Assembly: GCA_002269645.1 (NCBI GenBank)
Contig: NIVC01001803.1
Coordinates: forward strand, 97,952-161,951
Direction of reading: 5' to 3'
Source: Macrostomum lignano
Taxonomy: Eukaryota
Length of the DNA stretch: 64,000 nucleotides
The position numbers and the translations under genes are program-made. Shown here one piece after another: positions 1-13,200 of this stretch. Position 1 is the stretch's first letter; each line of letters begins with the position of its first letter. The notes under the pieces were generated by a model that was given only the letters and a program-made list of their open reading frames with translations, searched no databases and was not told the origin of the DNA.

Positions 1-1263
1 TGTAACTGTAGGTAAGCGTTCGTCAGATCGAGAACAGAGAAGATCTTGGCTCCACCCAACTGGCTCAACACATCTTCAATGCATGGGGTGGTTGAGACCA
101 TATCGCATAGGGATTTGTTGACAGTCACCTTGTAGTCGCCGCATATGCGTATTTTTCCACTCTGCTTTCTCACAATCACAATCGGCGTTGCCCATTCGCT
201 CTGATCAATCTTCTTCAGAATTCCTTCACTTTCCAGGCGGTCCAGTTCCTGTTTCACACTCTCTCGAATGCCGTATGGTATAGGTCTTGGCTTGAGAAAC
301 ACGGGTCTGGCTTCGTCCTTTAAAACTAGATGTGCTTCGAAATGCGTTACCTGGTAAATATTCAGGTGCGGCTCAAGGGCGTGCATCCACTCAAGCCCAT
401 AGATGTTCGGAGCTCCTGGCCGATCCACGATGAAGATAGGAAGCTGTGTTGTGATGCCGTTGAACTGCACTGTGACGATCGACTTACCAAACAGCGGGAC
501 TGCACAGCCCTGATAGTCCTTAAATGTTCTGTCGGCTGGCATAACATCTGTCCTCTGTGACAGTTGTTCGAATGAGTGTTTGGTTACCAATGAGGCATCC
601 GCACCCGTATCAAACACCATTTCAACACTTGTGCCGTTAATACTCACTGTGCGCAAAATTCTCTGCTTGCTGGTTGTCATGGAGAATATCTTGTCGCATT
701 GATCCTCTTCACACTTCTCCATTGATGGTGATTGCAGCACTAGTCGAACCCTTGAAGACTCTCGGTGTCTTTCGGCCTTTGTCTTCGAAGCTCTGCAGAC
801 AGATCTCAGGTGACCCAATTTTCCGCAGCTATCACACTTCAAGAATTTGAATCGGCATTCACTCTTTAGATGACCAGGTTTCCCACAGCAGTAGCAAGTG
901 ACCTGCTTGGCGTTCTTGTCCTCACTCGTGGGTTTTTGTGAACGTTTCCTTCCGGCTTCGCTGCCTTTTTGCGGTCGACCACTTGTCTGACGCATCTGCA
1001 GTACATTCAAGCCGGTCATGTCTTTCTCCCCACGCTGGACCGCTTCGCAAGCCGCAGCTACCGCCGTTACCTTGTCCCACGTCAGGTCTTCGATTTTCTC
1101 AGACAGTAGCTTCCGCAGAATCTCTTTACTCTGGAGTCCAAAGATAAACTGATCTCTGAGCCGGTCTGCCGAATCGGTAAATTTGCAAGCTTCGGACAGC
1201 TGCTTCAGCCTCCTGCTGTAAGTGGCTATGTCCTCATTGTTTACATTAACTTTTCTTTCACGA
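1..1263 (-). mobile_element. Ty3/Gypsy LTR retrotransposon gag-pol fragment (runs off left edge)
   Basis: Manual minus-strand translation gives one open frame: gag-like DRLRDQFIFG, two CCHC knuckles (CYCCGKPGHLKSEC, CDSCGKLGHLRSVC), aspartic protease FDTGA, then the RT N-terminus (PRPIPY, WATPIVIVRK, RICGDYK, LDLTNAYLQL). Absent from the ORF track because it has no stop inside the window. Confidence 0.92.
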
Positions 1264-3152
1264 ACGTGACGCGCCTCATCGCCGGCGTGAAAGTGAACAG
1301 TGCATTCTATTGTGCACTGGCCAAGACGTCACGAACCCTACGTAATTTCTGTCAATCTGTTTTACCCTTCATTGTTCTACGCATCTTGCCGTCTATTGCT
1401 CTTGCTCACCATGCCCCCCCCCCCAATCTTTCGTACTGCTCGTCCGTAGTCCTTCGTACTTTTTTCCCTTTTTTATTCCGTTTCTGCCTCGCTTTTGCGT
1501 TATATTATGACAGCAGAGATACAGAACTTTAAAAATTATGACATAATGAATTGAAATATATCATGAAGTGATTGATATAACAATATTAGCCGATATTGAT
1601 CAACGTCTCGTTGCCCGTGTTAATTTTCTTTCTCTTTTCTTTCGCAAACTAGTATCTGTGCGTATTTATGAACTGAAAATGCAGGTCAGCTTAACAATCT
1701 TGGAACCATCACTAAATTTGCCCCTCAGAATGCTTAAATTTAATTTAAAGATGCAATAAGGAAGCAATAATTGGAATCGTCTCCTGATAGTAAGCATTCA
1801 CTGCGCCTCCTCCCAATAGCAAGCACCCCTGAAATCGGGCTTTCTTCAATAGCAAGCATTCACTCAATCTCCTGAGCCCTTCCCTCCCATAGAAAACATG
1901 ATAAGGATTCGTGTAATTGAATAATACTTGTGAATAGGCTAGGTATTTTTCTGCTGTGTTTCATCACTAGCGCCACATAACCTTTTCTTAAAATTAAGCG
2001 GTACTTATAATATCCTCTACAGTACCCTATATATCATGTATTTCAGATGCCTAAGCGCAAAAATTCTGTCGACCTGAAAAATCAGAAGAAAAAAAAGCAG
2101 CAGCCGCAACAGCCGCGACAAAGGCAACAGCAGCAGCATAAGAAGCAACAGCAGCAGCAGCAGCCTAAAACAAATTTTAAAACCACACATAAAACATATG
2201 GTTTTATGTGTTAACCATAAAAATAACCATTTTGTTATTTATAGGCCTATGGTCACTGGAACAATAAGAACTGCTAAAATTATTTAGAGTAATTTTTGTG
2301 ATACTGACCCTGTCAATCTGTCATATAGTGATAGTACCCCTGCCACATATTGTACAGGCTCGTCCTTACCTGCTTATTTTACTTAGAATTAAGCTTAGTA
2401 GTAGGATAGTAGTAGGCCTAGTTAGTAGTTAACAATCACAGGCACAAAAGATGAATAGTGAATTCAAAGAAAGTTTTTTCTAGTAATAGTGCGAATGAGT
2501 GCTTTGAATTGTTTGTAATACAAATTTGCAATTTAAGTTAATCTGCTTAGCAAATAATTATAGCTAGTTACGATAAAAGAATGTATGAATAGTATGAGCG
2601 AAGCGAACAAACAAGATTGAACGATCGAGCTACTTTGCACAGCGAAAAACTTTAAGTTTTCTATTCAAACTTTTTACCCTAACCAGAAAATGAGGATATT
2701 TTGCATTACTAAAAGCTTAAATTTTGTCTTGAGCTACTTTTACAGACTTCTGAAATTTGAAGTCTAAAAATTACATTTTGCTTTGTTGTAACTGGATTGC
2801 GTAACCAGACTTCAAATCGGAAAATAATTTTATAGAGGTTATGCTTATGTATGACATTAGGCGACCTATGCTTTTTAAGTTAAAGTTTCTCTATTTAATA
2901 GCAATATTCTATTGCATTATTAAATGCATAAATGTAGCATCATTTGTTGGAGCAAAGAATAACTTAATTAGAAATAATTAGAGAACAAGATTCCCTTTTT
3001 AGGTCTAGAAAGAAATTATGTTATTGTACTTTGCGCTTTTTTGTGCTCTGGCAGTCCCAATAATATGTCCCAATCCCAATTTTAGCCTGCTTACGCCTTA
3101 CTATAGGTTTCTCATAGGTTTATAATAGCGCATTTGACGTATGATTAGGAAG

Positions 3153-3214
3153 TGTCTCTAGGCCTAGTGGTTAGGGCGCCTACTTTGCTTTTGGTAGGTC
3201 TCTGGTTCGAGTCC
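3153..3214 (+). other. tRNA-like remnant (SINE head or tRNA pseudogene)
   Basis: A-box-like GGCCTAGTGGTTAGG, stem CCTAC/GTAGG with a 10-nt loop, B-box GGTTCGAGTCC. No proper acceptor stem. Confidence 0.4.
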
Positions 3215-3989
3215 ATTTTAAGGAATAATTTTTTCTTGAAATTTTTCTCGATATTTTATATTTAAAATTTGCTAGTGTGTCTAAAAAGTGTATCGACCAA
3301 TGATTAACATTGTTATTAATTTTTTATTACAATACAAGAATCAATAACAATATAAATTTTATTAAATTTATTGTATTGTATTAGAAATACAAAGTACTTT
3401 TTATTACGGTTTATGCTTTATTTCATAATTAGCCAAGCGGAATACAATTATTCACCATTTTTGCTCATGCCTTTAGTCCTTCCTCAGCAATCGGTATTTT
3501 TGTACACAGTACACTGAATTTGCCATATTCATTATGCTCTACTCTACCTAGTACGGAGTAGCGCACGGGGCAATAAAAAATCACAAGTCCACGGCCATTA
3601 CGGCTAGCCGGGCGTGGGTCCACGGTGGATCCACCGGCTAAGCCGAGAATTTTTGACTAGTGGATTTCATGGCTAGCCGTGGGCCATTAGGTGTCACTGT
3701 TCATTTTTTAAAAACTGCCACGTCACAACCCGCTTGATTTTTTGCACTTGCACACTTTCACTTACACCTAGCCAAAGCTACCTTCCAACATTCGCATTTC
3801 GCACCTGTCAACTCCCAGCCAGTAACCGTACAAGACTATAAGTTATCTATACACTAAGCTATTTATTGAACCCCGGTGTCCGTTTGTCCAATTTGTCAAT
3901 TGAGGATCAACATAGAAGATGCATTTAATGAAGGTGAGTGTTTCATTCAAGTCTTTTTCATATATGCTATTTGTTGTAATATGGCGGAA

Positions 3990-5726
3990 TTCATCAACAC
4001 ATTCTTGAGTAGGTCTCATGTCTCTTTTAAAGTTTATGTTGATAAAATCAATCCCCATGAAGAATCTCCCCACCCTAAAACCCCCCATTCCCCAAGCCCC
4101 GGTGGTTGGCTTTAAGCCAAGACCCCCCCCCCTATTAGGATGGGAATGAATCAACACAGTCTTAAATAGGTCTCCATGCCTTTATTCAAGTTTATGTTGA
4201 TAAAATAAATCCCCATGAAGAATCTCCCCACCCTATAACCCCCATTCCCCATGCTCTGGTGGTCGGTTTTAAGCTACGACCCCCCATTAGGATGGGAATA
4301 AATCAACACAATCTTGAATAGGTCTCCATGCCTCTATTCAAGTTTATGTTGATAAAATCAATCCCCATGAAGAATCTCCCCACCCTAAAACCCCCTATTC
4401 CCTATGCCCCGGTGGTTGGTTTCAAGCTACATATAATTGGGTTAAAGCTACCAAAAAATGGATCTCAAATTTGAAATCAGCACCATCAAAAACTTGAATT
4501 GAAAAAATTGAATCCCGCATTGAAAACCGTGTTGTTATGTATTGTACATTACAATGCGGTTTTAATGGCGGGAAAAACCGTATGGTAAAAAGTTGCACAC
4601 GTTCAAAAGCCCTGCTAATTAGGACTGGAATTTATCAACGTAATCTTGAATAGGTCTACATGCCCCTATTGAAGTTTATGTTGATAAAATCAATCCTCAT
4701 GAAGAATCTCCCCACCCTAAAACCCCCCATTCCCCATGCCCCGGTGGTTGGCTTTAAGCTACAACCGTTCCCTTTATTAGGATTGGAATAAATCAACACA
4801 ATCTTCAATAGGTCTCCATGCCTCTATTAAAGTTTATGTTTATACCATAGTCCGGATAGTGTAATGTGGTACGCTGGAAGGAAAAAGGAGGATTCTCAAG
4901 TGGTACGCCAGTGGTATGCCAAAAGAAAGACGTGGGGGTCCCTTAGTGTATAACGTTGCGGCACTAAAAATCTGTTTATCTGTTAATGTTAGTATGAAAG
5001 AAATAATAAACATTTTGACTTTGAAAACGGTAAAAATATGGCGGACAAACTTTAACAATTATTAAAAAATAACAGATATAATCAGTGCTCAGAAATTTAT
5101 TTACCAATTATACTAGGCTAAATTATTTTATTAATGTATTTATAAAATGATTAATCAAGTTATACAATGCAGGAAAAAATATATGCAATTTTTACGTAAA
5201 ATACATTGTTGTGTGATGTAGTCATATCTTGTATGTTGTAATTTACGCAAAATTACAAAAAGTTTTTACTCTGACAATGATTTTTTTGCCTGGTGGTGCC
5301 AATGGTACGCTAAAAGTGGTACGCCAATTCAACTTTAGCTTGGTGGTACGCCAAAGGTGGTATGCCAAATGCTTTTTCGAATTGGTAGCACGCCAATGGT
5401 GGTACGCCAATTTTTCGGAAAACTCATTTGGTACGCCGGAAATCTCCGGCATACCAGTCACCTTCCGGAGTATGGTGTTTATATAATCAATCCTCATGAA
5501 GAATCTCCCCATCCTGAAACCCCCCATTCCCCATGCCCTGGTGGTTGGTTTTAAGCTATAACCCCTCCTTCTATTAGGATTGAAATAAATCAACACAATC
5601 TTTAATAGGTCTCCATGCCTTTATTAAAGTTTATGTTGATAAAATCAATCTTCATGAAGAATCTCATCTCCCCACCCTAAAACCCACTATTCCCCATGCC
5701 CTGGTGGTTGGCTTTAAGCTACATAT
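3990..5726. repeat. Diverged ~155-bp tandem repeat, arranged as two blocks of about 3 units plus a spacer
   Basis: Recurring AGGTCTCCATGCC..AAGTTTATGTTGATAAAATCAATCCCCATGAAGAATCTCCCCACCCTAAAACCCC at about 4011, 4168, 4320, 4650, 4810 and 5590. The spacer at 4431-4495 recurs at about 14333-14392, after the inserted transposon. Confidence 0.85.
4845..5475. mobile_element. Non-autonomous DNA transposon (MITE), 631 bp
   Basis: TIR CCATAGTCCGGA / TCCGGAGTATGG (11/12 match). Perfect 8-bp TSD TGTTTATA at 4837-4844 and 5476-5483. Interrupts one 155-bp unit. Contains repeated TGGTACGCCA motifs. Confidence 0.85.
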
Positions 5727-7031
5727 AATTGGGCATTTCCGCCAATTAGGCACTATCGGAAAATTACACTTCAACAAACAGAAAATGATGAATTGTAGCT
5801 TAAGCCAGCTAATTGAAGTCAAACAAGGACTTAAACTGAAAAATACAACCACTTTTGCTTAGTTTAAAGCTATATTAGATTGTTAATCGGCAAAATTAAT
5901 GTTGAAAAAACCTTTTTAAACTTACTTAGACGCCACTTTTTTGGATGTCCAAACACACAATTTTTAACTTTAACATTGAATAAAAAAGCGAAGAAAACAT
6001 TCTTTATAGTAATTCTCTTTGTTTCATGAAAAAAACACATTAAACTTTGTTAAAATCATTCCTTTTCGTCACAACACCTGCAAGAAGTCATTGATTTTTG
6101 TCAGTTTTCTTGCTATACCAAAAATTATAAATGGTAAGTTTTTGGATCATTTGTACTCATGTTGTACCCTCTCATTTACTCATAAGGCTTTCAATCTACA
6201 CGTTTTTTAGCTTAAATGAAGGAAAACATCTTTGCGATGATATATCAGTATATTTTTAGCAATAGAATTTGCTTAATACATTTTTCTAAGACATTAATTT
6301 TTTTTCGATGTGACATCTTAACCACAAGATTGTACTCATGTTGTACCCAATAATTTTTTTAGTGCTTTTCATTAGCTGAAAACAATATATTTATGGATTG
6401 CTGACATACAGAGCTTCACAAAAAGTGGTCTGCTGAACCTTAATCTGTCAAAATACCTTAAATATTAACATTTAAATGTAGTAAGCACACTACTTACATG
6501 AGATGTATTTTCATGTTGTACCCTTTATTATTTTTTTTTTGCTAGTTTTTTTTCTCAAATTCAGTCTTACAAGACTATCATTAAGTATAAAAGCTGGAAA
6601 ATAAAACAGTTTCACATTAATTTCTTGTTTATGTATCAATAAAAATGTAATTTACATTTTGCAGTATAGTATGTACATAGATAGTAATTTACATAGTATT
6701 AATTAATTTTCCCCACATTTACTTGTAATATTGCTTTATAAAAACTTTCTCTAGATTGTGGAAGCATAATGCAATGATTAATGAGGATTATACTTTGAAA
6801 ATGTACTTTTTTAGCCATTGAAGGCATAGTAGCTAAGAATATATACTTTTTATATACTATCTGTTAGACTTATCTAGCATTATCACATTAAACATTGCTT
6901 TCCACTTTTAGTCAGGCAGTTCTACTTACACTTGCACTTTTAACTTGCACTTGCACTAAAGACTAACCATTTTTACTAACAACAACAAAAATTTTAGATA
7001 AAAAACTCATTTTACCTTCTATCCTGTCTTC

Positions 7032-9211
7032 ATGCCATACAAGAGCAAGTCGAAGCAGATGGTTGCAAATCTGGCATCTGAAAACAAGTCCCGGGTCAAC
7101 GCAAAGGCAGAGGACCTTGAGTCCTATCGTCGCAAGATTAGCGAGTCGAACCGACGCCAATACCAGAAGCGACAAAAGTTGCTTTCTGAGGCGGAGAAAG
7201 CCTCAGAACGCCAGAGAACATGCGAGCGTATACAGAGGTTGCGTAAGGAGCGAGTAGATGATGCCTTAACTATTGCAGCACCGTCAACTCTTTCTACTAG
7301 CAAGCCATCAGAGAAGCGAGCTAAAAGTGCTTGTCGCCGTGAAAGAGCCAAGCTGAAGAATCAAAATTCTCAGCTTAAGCAGAGCCTAGTAGAGAAGTCT
7401 GAGGAGATTAAGGCCATGCAAAATAAAGTCCAGTCTCTCACCAAAAAAATCAAATGACTTGAAGCTATGGAGAAGGCTGGCAAGGCCAAGAGTTCAGAGG
7501 ATGAGCATATTGTGCAGTTGCTTGTAGCATGCAAGCGTAAAAAAGAAATGTGCCCATTAGTAAAGTCTATTTGCAGAGGTTCAGGAATGCTGAAGGCAGC
7601 TGTGCTGCGACGCCTAAAGTGCACTCACAAGGTCCTTCGAGAGGATGCAAAGTGCCGTCGTAGTCACCCTGCCCGTCATGTTGTTAATCATTTTTTCCTA
7701 TCCGATTCGAACTCTTGAATGACTGCTGGGAGAAAGGAGACTGTGACAGTAAAAGGTGTGAAACACCAAAAGCGATATTTAAACAGCAGCATGCCTCTTT
7801 TGTATCAGAAGTTCCGGGATGAGAACCCTGAGGTGAAGGTGAGTAAATCATATTTTTATCTCTGGAAACCACTATTTGTTCGCAAACCCAGGCTTTCTGA
7901 TCGTCGGCAGTGTTTGTGTAACACCTGTACAAATCTAGATCTACTGGTTGCTGAGCTTCATAAGCTCAAAGCAGTGGCTTCAAGTGAGAAGAATGAGCTA
8001 CTTGCAAAAATTGTCTGCTCTGAGCATTCTGAGCACTTCAGGCCAAAAGAAAAGTGCCTCCTGCGTGAGTGTGAAGGGTGTAGGCATAAGTCTACTCTTA
8101 GTAGCACAATGATCGAAACACCGGTTACCTATTATACCTGGAAAATGGTGAGCACTGGCTGGTTTAAGTCAGTACAGTGTGTACCTGTTGTCACTGACTT
8201 TAAGGAGGCAGCAGACACATTTGAGAACTGGCTGAGTAATTATGCGGGCATTATTGCCGGTTTACTCACCAGTTCAATGCCATAAAAAAATTGAAGGAAA
8301 CATTGGAGCCCAATCATATTTTGCTTCATGTTGACTTCTCTGAAAATTACTCTGGCAAGTATGGCTCTGAAATTCAGTCTGCCCATTATGGATACAGACC
8401 AGAGGTGACAATCCACCAGGGTGTTGCCTACCTCTATGGTGATACCAAAGGTCGCTCTTTTGCATCTTTGTCATCAGATGGCCGCAAAACTGCAGCTGCT
8501 ATTGCTGCACACCTTCTGCCTGTGCTCAGTTTTTTCAAGGAGACCAACCATATCACAAAAGTGATTCTGGTGTCGGACTCTCCTACTGCTCAGTACCGCA
8601 ATAAATTTACTATTTCCCTCATTAATGAGGTGTTGCGGGAGCAGGGCATCGAGAACTGGCATTGGGTGTATACTGAGGCTGGTCATGGCAAGGGAGCTGC
8701 TGATGGAGTTGGTGGGGCTATTAAGCGTAAATGCGACCTGAAAGTTGCTACGGGCAAAGATGTACTAACTCCAGAGGATGTGGTGAATGCTGTCAAAGAG
8801 GGTAATGGCATGGCTGTGGAGTTGTTTTTTGTGGACAAGGACTCTATTGATACCTTGGCTCACCATCTAAACTCTGCACCTGTTGCTGATATCCCTGGCA
8901 TTCGCAGCACCCATGAGGTAGTCCACACGAATTCAGGCATTGTTTATCGCATGCTTTCATGTCGCTGTGCAGTTGCTGTTGAACCTTATTGCCCTTGCTA
9001 CAATTCCAAGCTGTGGCAACCTATTATCCAACAGAAGCGTGGCAGGGGACAGCGATGGCGGCACAATGTATGCGCCCATCCCAACTGCACTGATTCAGAT
9101 GATATTGACTGGACAGAGTGCTGTGACTGTTTCCATTGGTATCACAACAGTTGTGTTGGGATTGTGGTCCAAGTAGAAGATGACGAACACTTCTCTTGTG
9201 GCCTTTGTTAG
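7032..9211 (+). pseudogene. Decayed DDD/DDE-type transposase (~725 aa restored) with a C-terminal PHD finger
   Basis: Four ORF pieces join through in-frame TGA stops at 7455 and 7716 and one frameshift near 8249. Motifs: Cys cluster QCLCNTC..CLLRECEGC, HVDFSENY, VSDSPTAQYRNK, EAGHGKGAADGVGGAIKR. The C-terminus CAHPNC..WTECCDCFHWYHNSCVG..FSCGLC matches the PHD pattern. Confidence 0.85.
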
Positions 9212-10257
9212 ATCTATCCATTTTTTGATCTAGCTACAATACTGATACGTGCAATGCGAGACTGCCTAATTTAATTCTGAGTCCATACTGCATGGACAAT
9301 GATGGAATTTCATCAGCAGCAAAACTTGGCAAAAATTGTTAACCTTTTGAAATGAGTCAAGTGACAATTATTAAAAATACAATGTCTTGTAATTGCTAAT
9401 TCTAATGACTATGATGCTTGGAGCCACTTGTCTAGATGAAATTTGTTAACTTTAGTTTATTACATTTAGACTGGCTGTCACTGTCAAAATTCCTTTTTCA
9501 ATTGTCGAGGTGCAACATTACATTTAAAAAAACAGATCAATTGCAAAGTTCTATGTACTTTAATTAATTTATATTTAAAGAGATCCACATTTACATATAA
9601 ACCATGATCAATTTTAAAATTAAATCTTTGTTAAACCAGAAAATTTCTTTAAAAATCCTGAAAATCCAATTTAATTGATGTCACTCCAAAAGTTGGTGCA
9701 CTGATTGGACAGAAATCTGGAAAGTGAGAGAAAAGAATTGGTTGAAGATAAAAAATTATCGATATTCTGCCAGTAAATTGTCTTGAAAAAATCTAGATTG
9801 ACCTGGGCTGAGAGGTTGATCTGCTCAATAAAAAATTGGAAATTTGAATGGAAATTAATTAATATAATTTTTATAATCAAGCACATTTATTGTATACATT
9901 AATATTTGCAGTTACCAAGATGCCATTAATTAGCAATTCTTGCTGCTTACAAAGTTGCACTGGAAATTCTGAATAGTTACGGTGATCAGCTAGTTACTGA
10001 AAAGTAAAATTAGAGATAAAACGTTCGGTATGTCGCGCCTGCAGAAAAAAAACATTTTGACAATGACAAAGTTAAAAAAATATCGTATGAACTTATGCGC
10101 AAAAATAACAAAATCTGAATTAAAAAGTCAATAAAAAAAGCAATTAGAAATAATTAAAAAATTATTGTCATATTGACTGAAAGAAAGTTAATTATAAGCT
10201 AGCAATTATGCCTCAATATAAAATTTTATTCTCTTACGGTATTAATCGTCTTCTTAG

Positions 10258-13200
10258 TAGGGGGTCCAGTGAGAAAATTTTTTTTCTGAATTTTTAACTT
10301 TTAACTATGCCATTTTGTAGATCTGGATGTTCTGATTGAAATGACACCAAGGTTTTGAAAATCGGTTCAGTAATAAAAAAGTTACTGAGGTTTTTCTTCT
10401 GAAAAAATGCATCTTTTTTCGTATCTCAAATACACTAGAAACTGTGCTGTTTTTGGAGGAAAAATCATGTTTTTCGCAGTAAAATCTGTATAACATTTTT
10501 ATTTTTCAACCAATCTTGGTGCTTTTGGTGTCATTTTGTAGCATTTTGTTTCCACTTTTTGATCCTGTATTCTGATGTGTACATGTGTTGCTGGAATTAA
10601 TGCACTTTAGTGGAGATTGGCAAAAATTTGTTAAATACTATTTTTCCCGGGATATATTACTTTTACTTATTTAGGGTATATCTCCATAATTCCTAAACCA
10701 ATCTTATTGTTTTTGGTGTCATTTTGTAGCTCTTTGTTGCCACTTGTGGATCTTATATTCTACTAGGCACATATGCTGCTAGGGTGTATGGAATTCAGTG
10801 GAAATGGGAGAAAATAAGTAAATAACTAATTATCCCAGGCCCAGGCCCAGGGTATAGTCTTTTTTTTAGTATAGCCAATATAGGTATATCTCCATTTACC
10901 TTATCATATTGATTATTGTCCTTCAAATGGTTTCAAATGGCTTTTTTGACATTAGCAGTATTAGTAGAATGAATTAGTAACTTTTACTAAAATGACACAA
11001 AGTCACAACATATCCCCATTTGGCCATTTCCATGACCATGCCCATGGCATGGGCCATGGCCATGACACTACATGACATTTCAGCCTTTGCATAGCTTCTG
11101 GTCATCATGGCTAGTCCTAATTCTGAGCCTGAGCTTCAGGCTGAGCCCAAGCCCAAGGGGACTGAGGCAGGGCAAGAGACCAGGGTCACTAACGGTCTCA
11201 TGCTTGCCACCCTGGAAACCGCCATGGATGCAAAGTTGCCCACCACTGAGATCTGGGACTCCTTGGCAGAGTGTATAGATTTGCCAAGTGAGACAAGCTC
11301 GGACGGCCTCAGGCTTCTCCATCGTGTGGTGCTGAAGCTGAAGGCGAAGTCGCGGGACCTGCAGCGGTCAAGGGTGCGTGAGGAGGCTGCTGGCAAGAAG
11401 AGTGCCTGGTCCAGCTTCATGGAGGCTGCTTTCGTCTGTCCTGGTGGAGTGATGGCGACTGCAACCCAGGCGCTGCCCATTCCTCGCACACCAGTCGGCC
11501 GAGTGTCCTCTTCTGCTGCTGCTGCTGCTGCCACGTCCCCTGAGGAGCAACGGGGCGTAGAGGCTGGGCTCCGAACGTCTGTGGCGGACCTACGGGCCCA
11601 GCTGGCAAGCTCAGAGCAGACTGTGTGGAAGCTGCGTGCCGAGGTCTCTCGGCGCCCACTGCGGAAGGTCTGGGTGCAGCGGGTCCGGCGTCTTCAGGAC
11701 CGACTGCAAGCAGCTCGGCAGCATGCGCGGATCAAGACCCAGGTGCTGCTGGCCATGCGTGATGCCAAGCAGTCTCAGAAGCGTCGCCAGGTTGCCCGGG
11801 CAGAAGCTGCTGCGGCGCAGCGCATCCGCGACCTTCAGGCCGAACTGCGCCAGATGCACGATATGTTGTCTACCACAAACAGTCGCGTAAGAGGCATTGA
11901 ATATAAATAATGTGTAGCTATTGAGACAGACAGACAGAGACAGACAGACAGACAGACAGAGAAACAGACAGACACAGACAAAAGAAATATTCTTTGTGTC
12001 ATTCATTCAACTTCCACTTCGAATCCAACCCTTATTCCTAACACCTAACAGATCCAGTATCTCCAGGACTACATCCGTGCCAGCCAGACGCATGTGCTCC
12101 AGATGCGCGAGCCGCGCCCTACCGGTGGACAACAGTACACCAACAGGGTCATCTCCACGTGCATGGACCTGGTGCTCAAGTGCCACGTCCCTGTACAAGC
12201 CGTCCGCGACACCGTCAGGACTGTCGTGGAGGACCTCTGCGAGTGGCGGATCGTCGACAAGCTGCCATCGGACTCGCTGATCAGCGCGGTCACGTACGGC
12301 GTGGGCAACAGTCTCGCCAAGGCGAAGGCCATGGAGAGCATCCTGCTCGCGGCCGGGACTGACCAGCCACTGACGCTGATGACCGACGCCACTAGCAAGA
12401 AGGGCAACCACTGGAATGTCCTGCAGGTTAGTTTTAATTGTAGTGAGAATGACACCCACCCACCTACCCACTCACCCACCCACCTACCCACCCACCCACT
12501 CACCCACCCACCCACCCACTCACCCACCCACCTACCCACTCACCCACCCACCCACTCACCCACCCGCCCACCTACCCACTCACCCACCCACTCAGGCCGA
12601 CACTGGCGACGGCACGGTGGCGCTGACGCTGCGACAGGTCGAAGGCGGCACTGCTCAGATGTACGCCCGCGAGATGGATACATCCATCGACCGTCTCGTC
12701 GACGCCTATTGCGACATCGTGAAGCCGGGGGAAGACGGCGCGGAGGCTAGGCGCGAGATGAAGCGCAACCACTTCGTCCGCATCAACTTCCTGATGACGG
12801 ACCGGCACGTGGTCAATAAGTGCCTGCTGGTCTTGCTCAACGAGATGCGGGACACTATGATGTCCAACGACGGCCTGATTGGATGAACAATGACCTCCAC
12901 GTGCTAGACAGCGATGACGATGATGAGTAGCTTAAGTCCTTCTTAAAGTACTTTGTGGCCCAGCACTGCATGGCATGGTAGAGGGAAGGGGGGCATAGGG
13001 GGAATGTATATAGTACATATATCATTGTATGTATCATGTATGTACAGTTTCTATGTTTCTGCATAAAGACTTGTACTTACCAATCAGTTGAGCAGTTTTC
13101 TTACTGAACAATTATTAGAAAGGAAGTTAGCGTCGTTGACCAGACGAATGCTAGGGGTCGCTTGCTGGGATAGCTTTGCTGGGGTCAGTATCCAGCAGCC

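Noticed and set aside
2047-2214. 55-aa Lys/Gln-rich ORF (MPKRKNS..) after an acceptor-like TTTCAG
   Set aside because: It looks like an NLS/poly-Q exon remnant, but I could not connect it to any downstream exon or domain.
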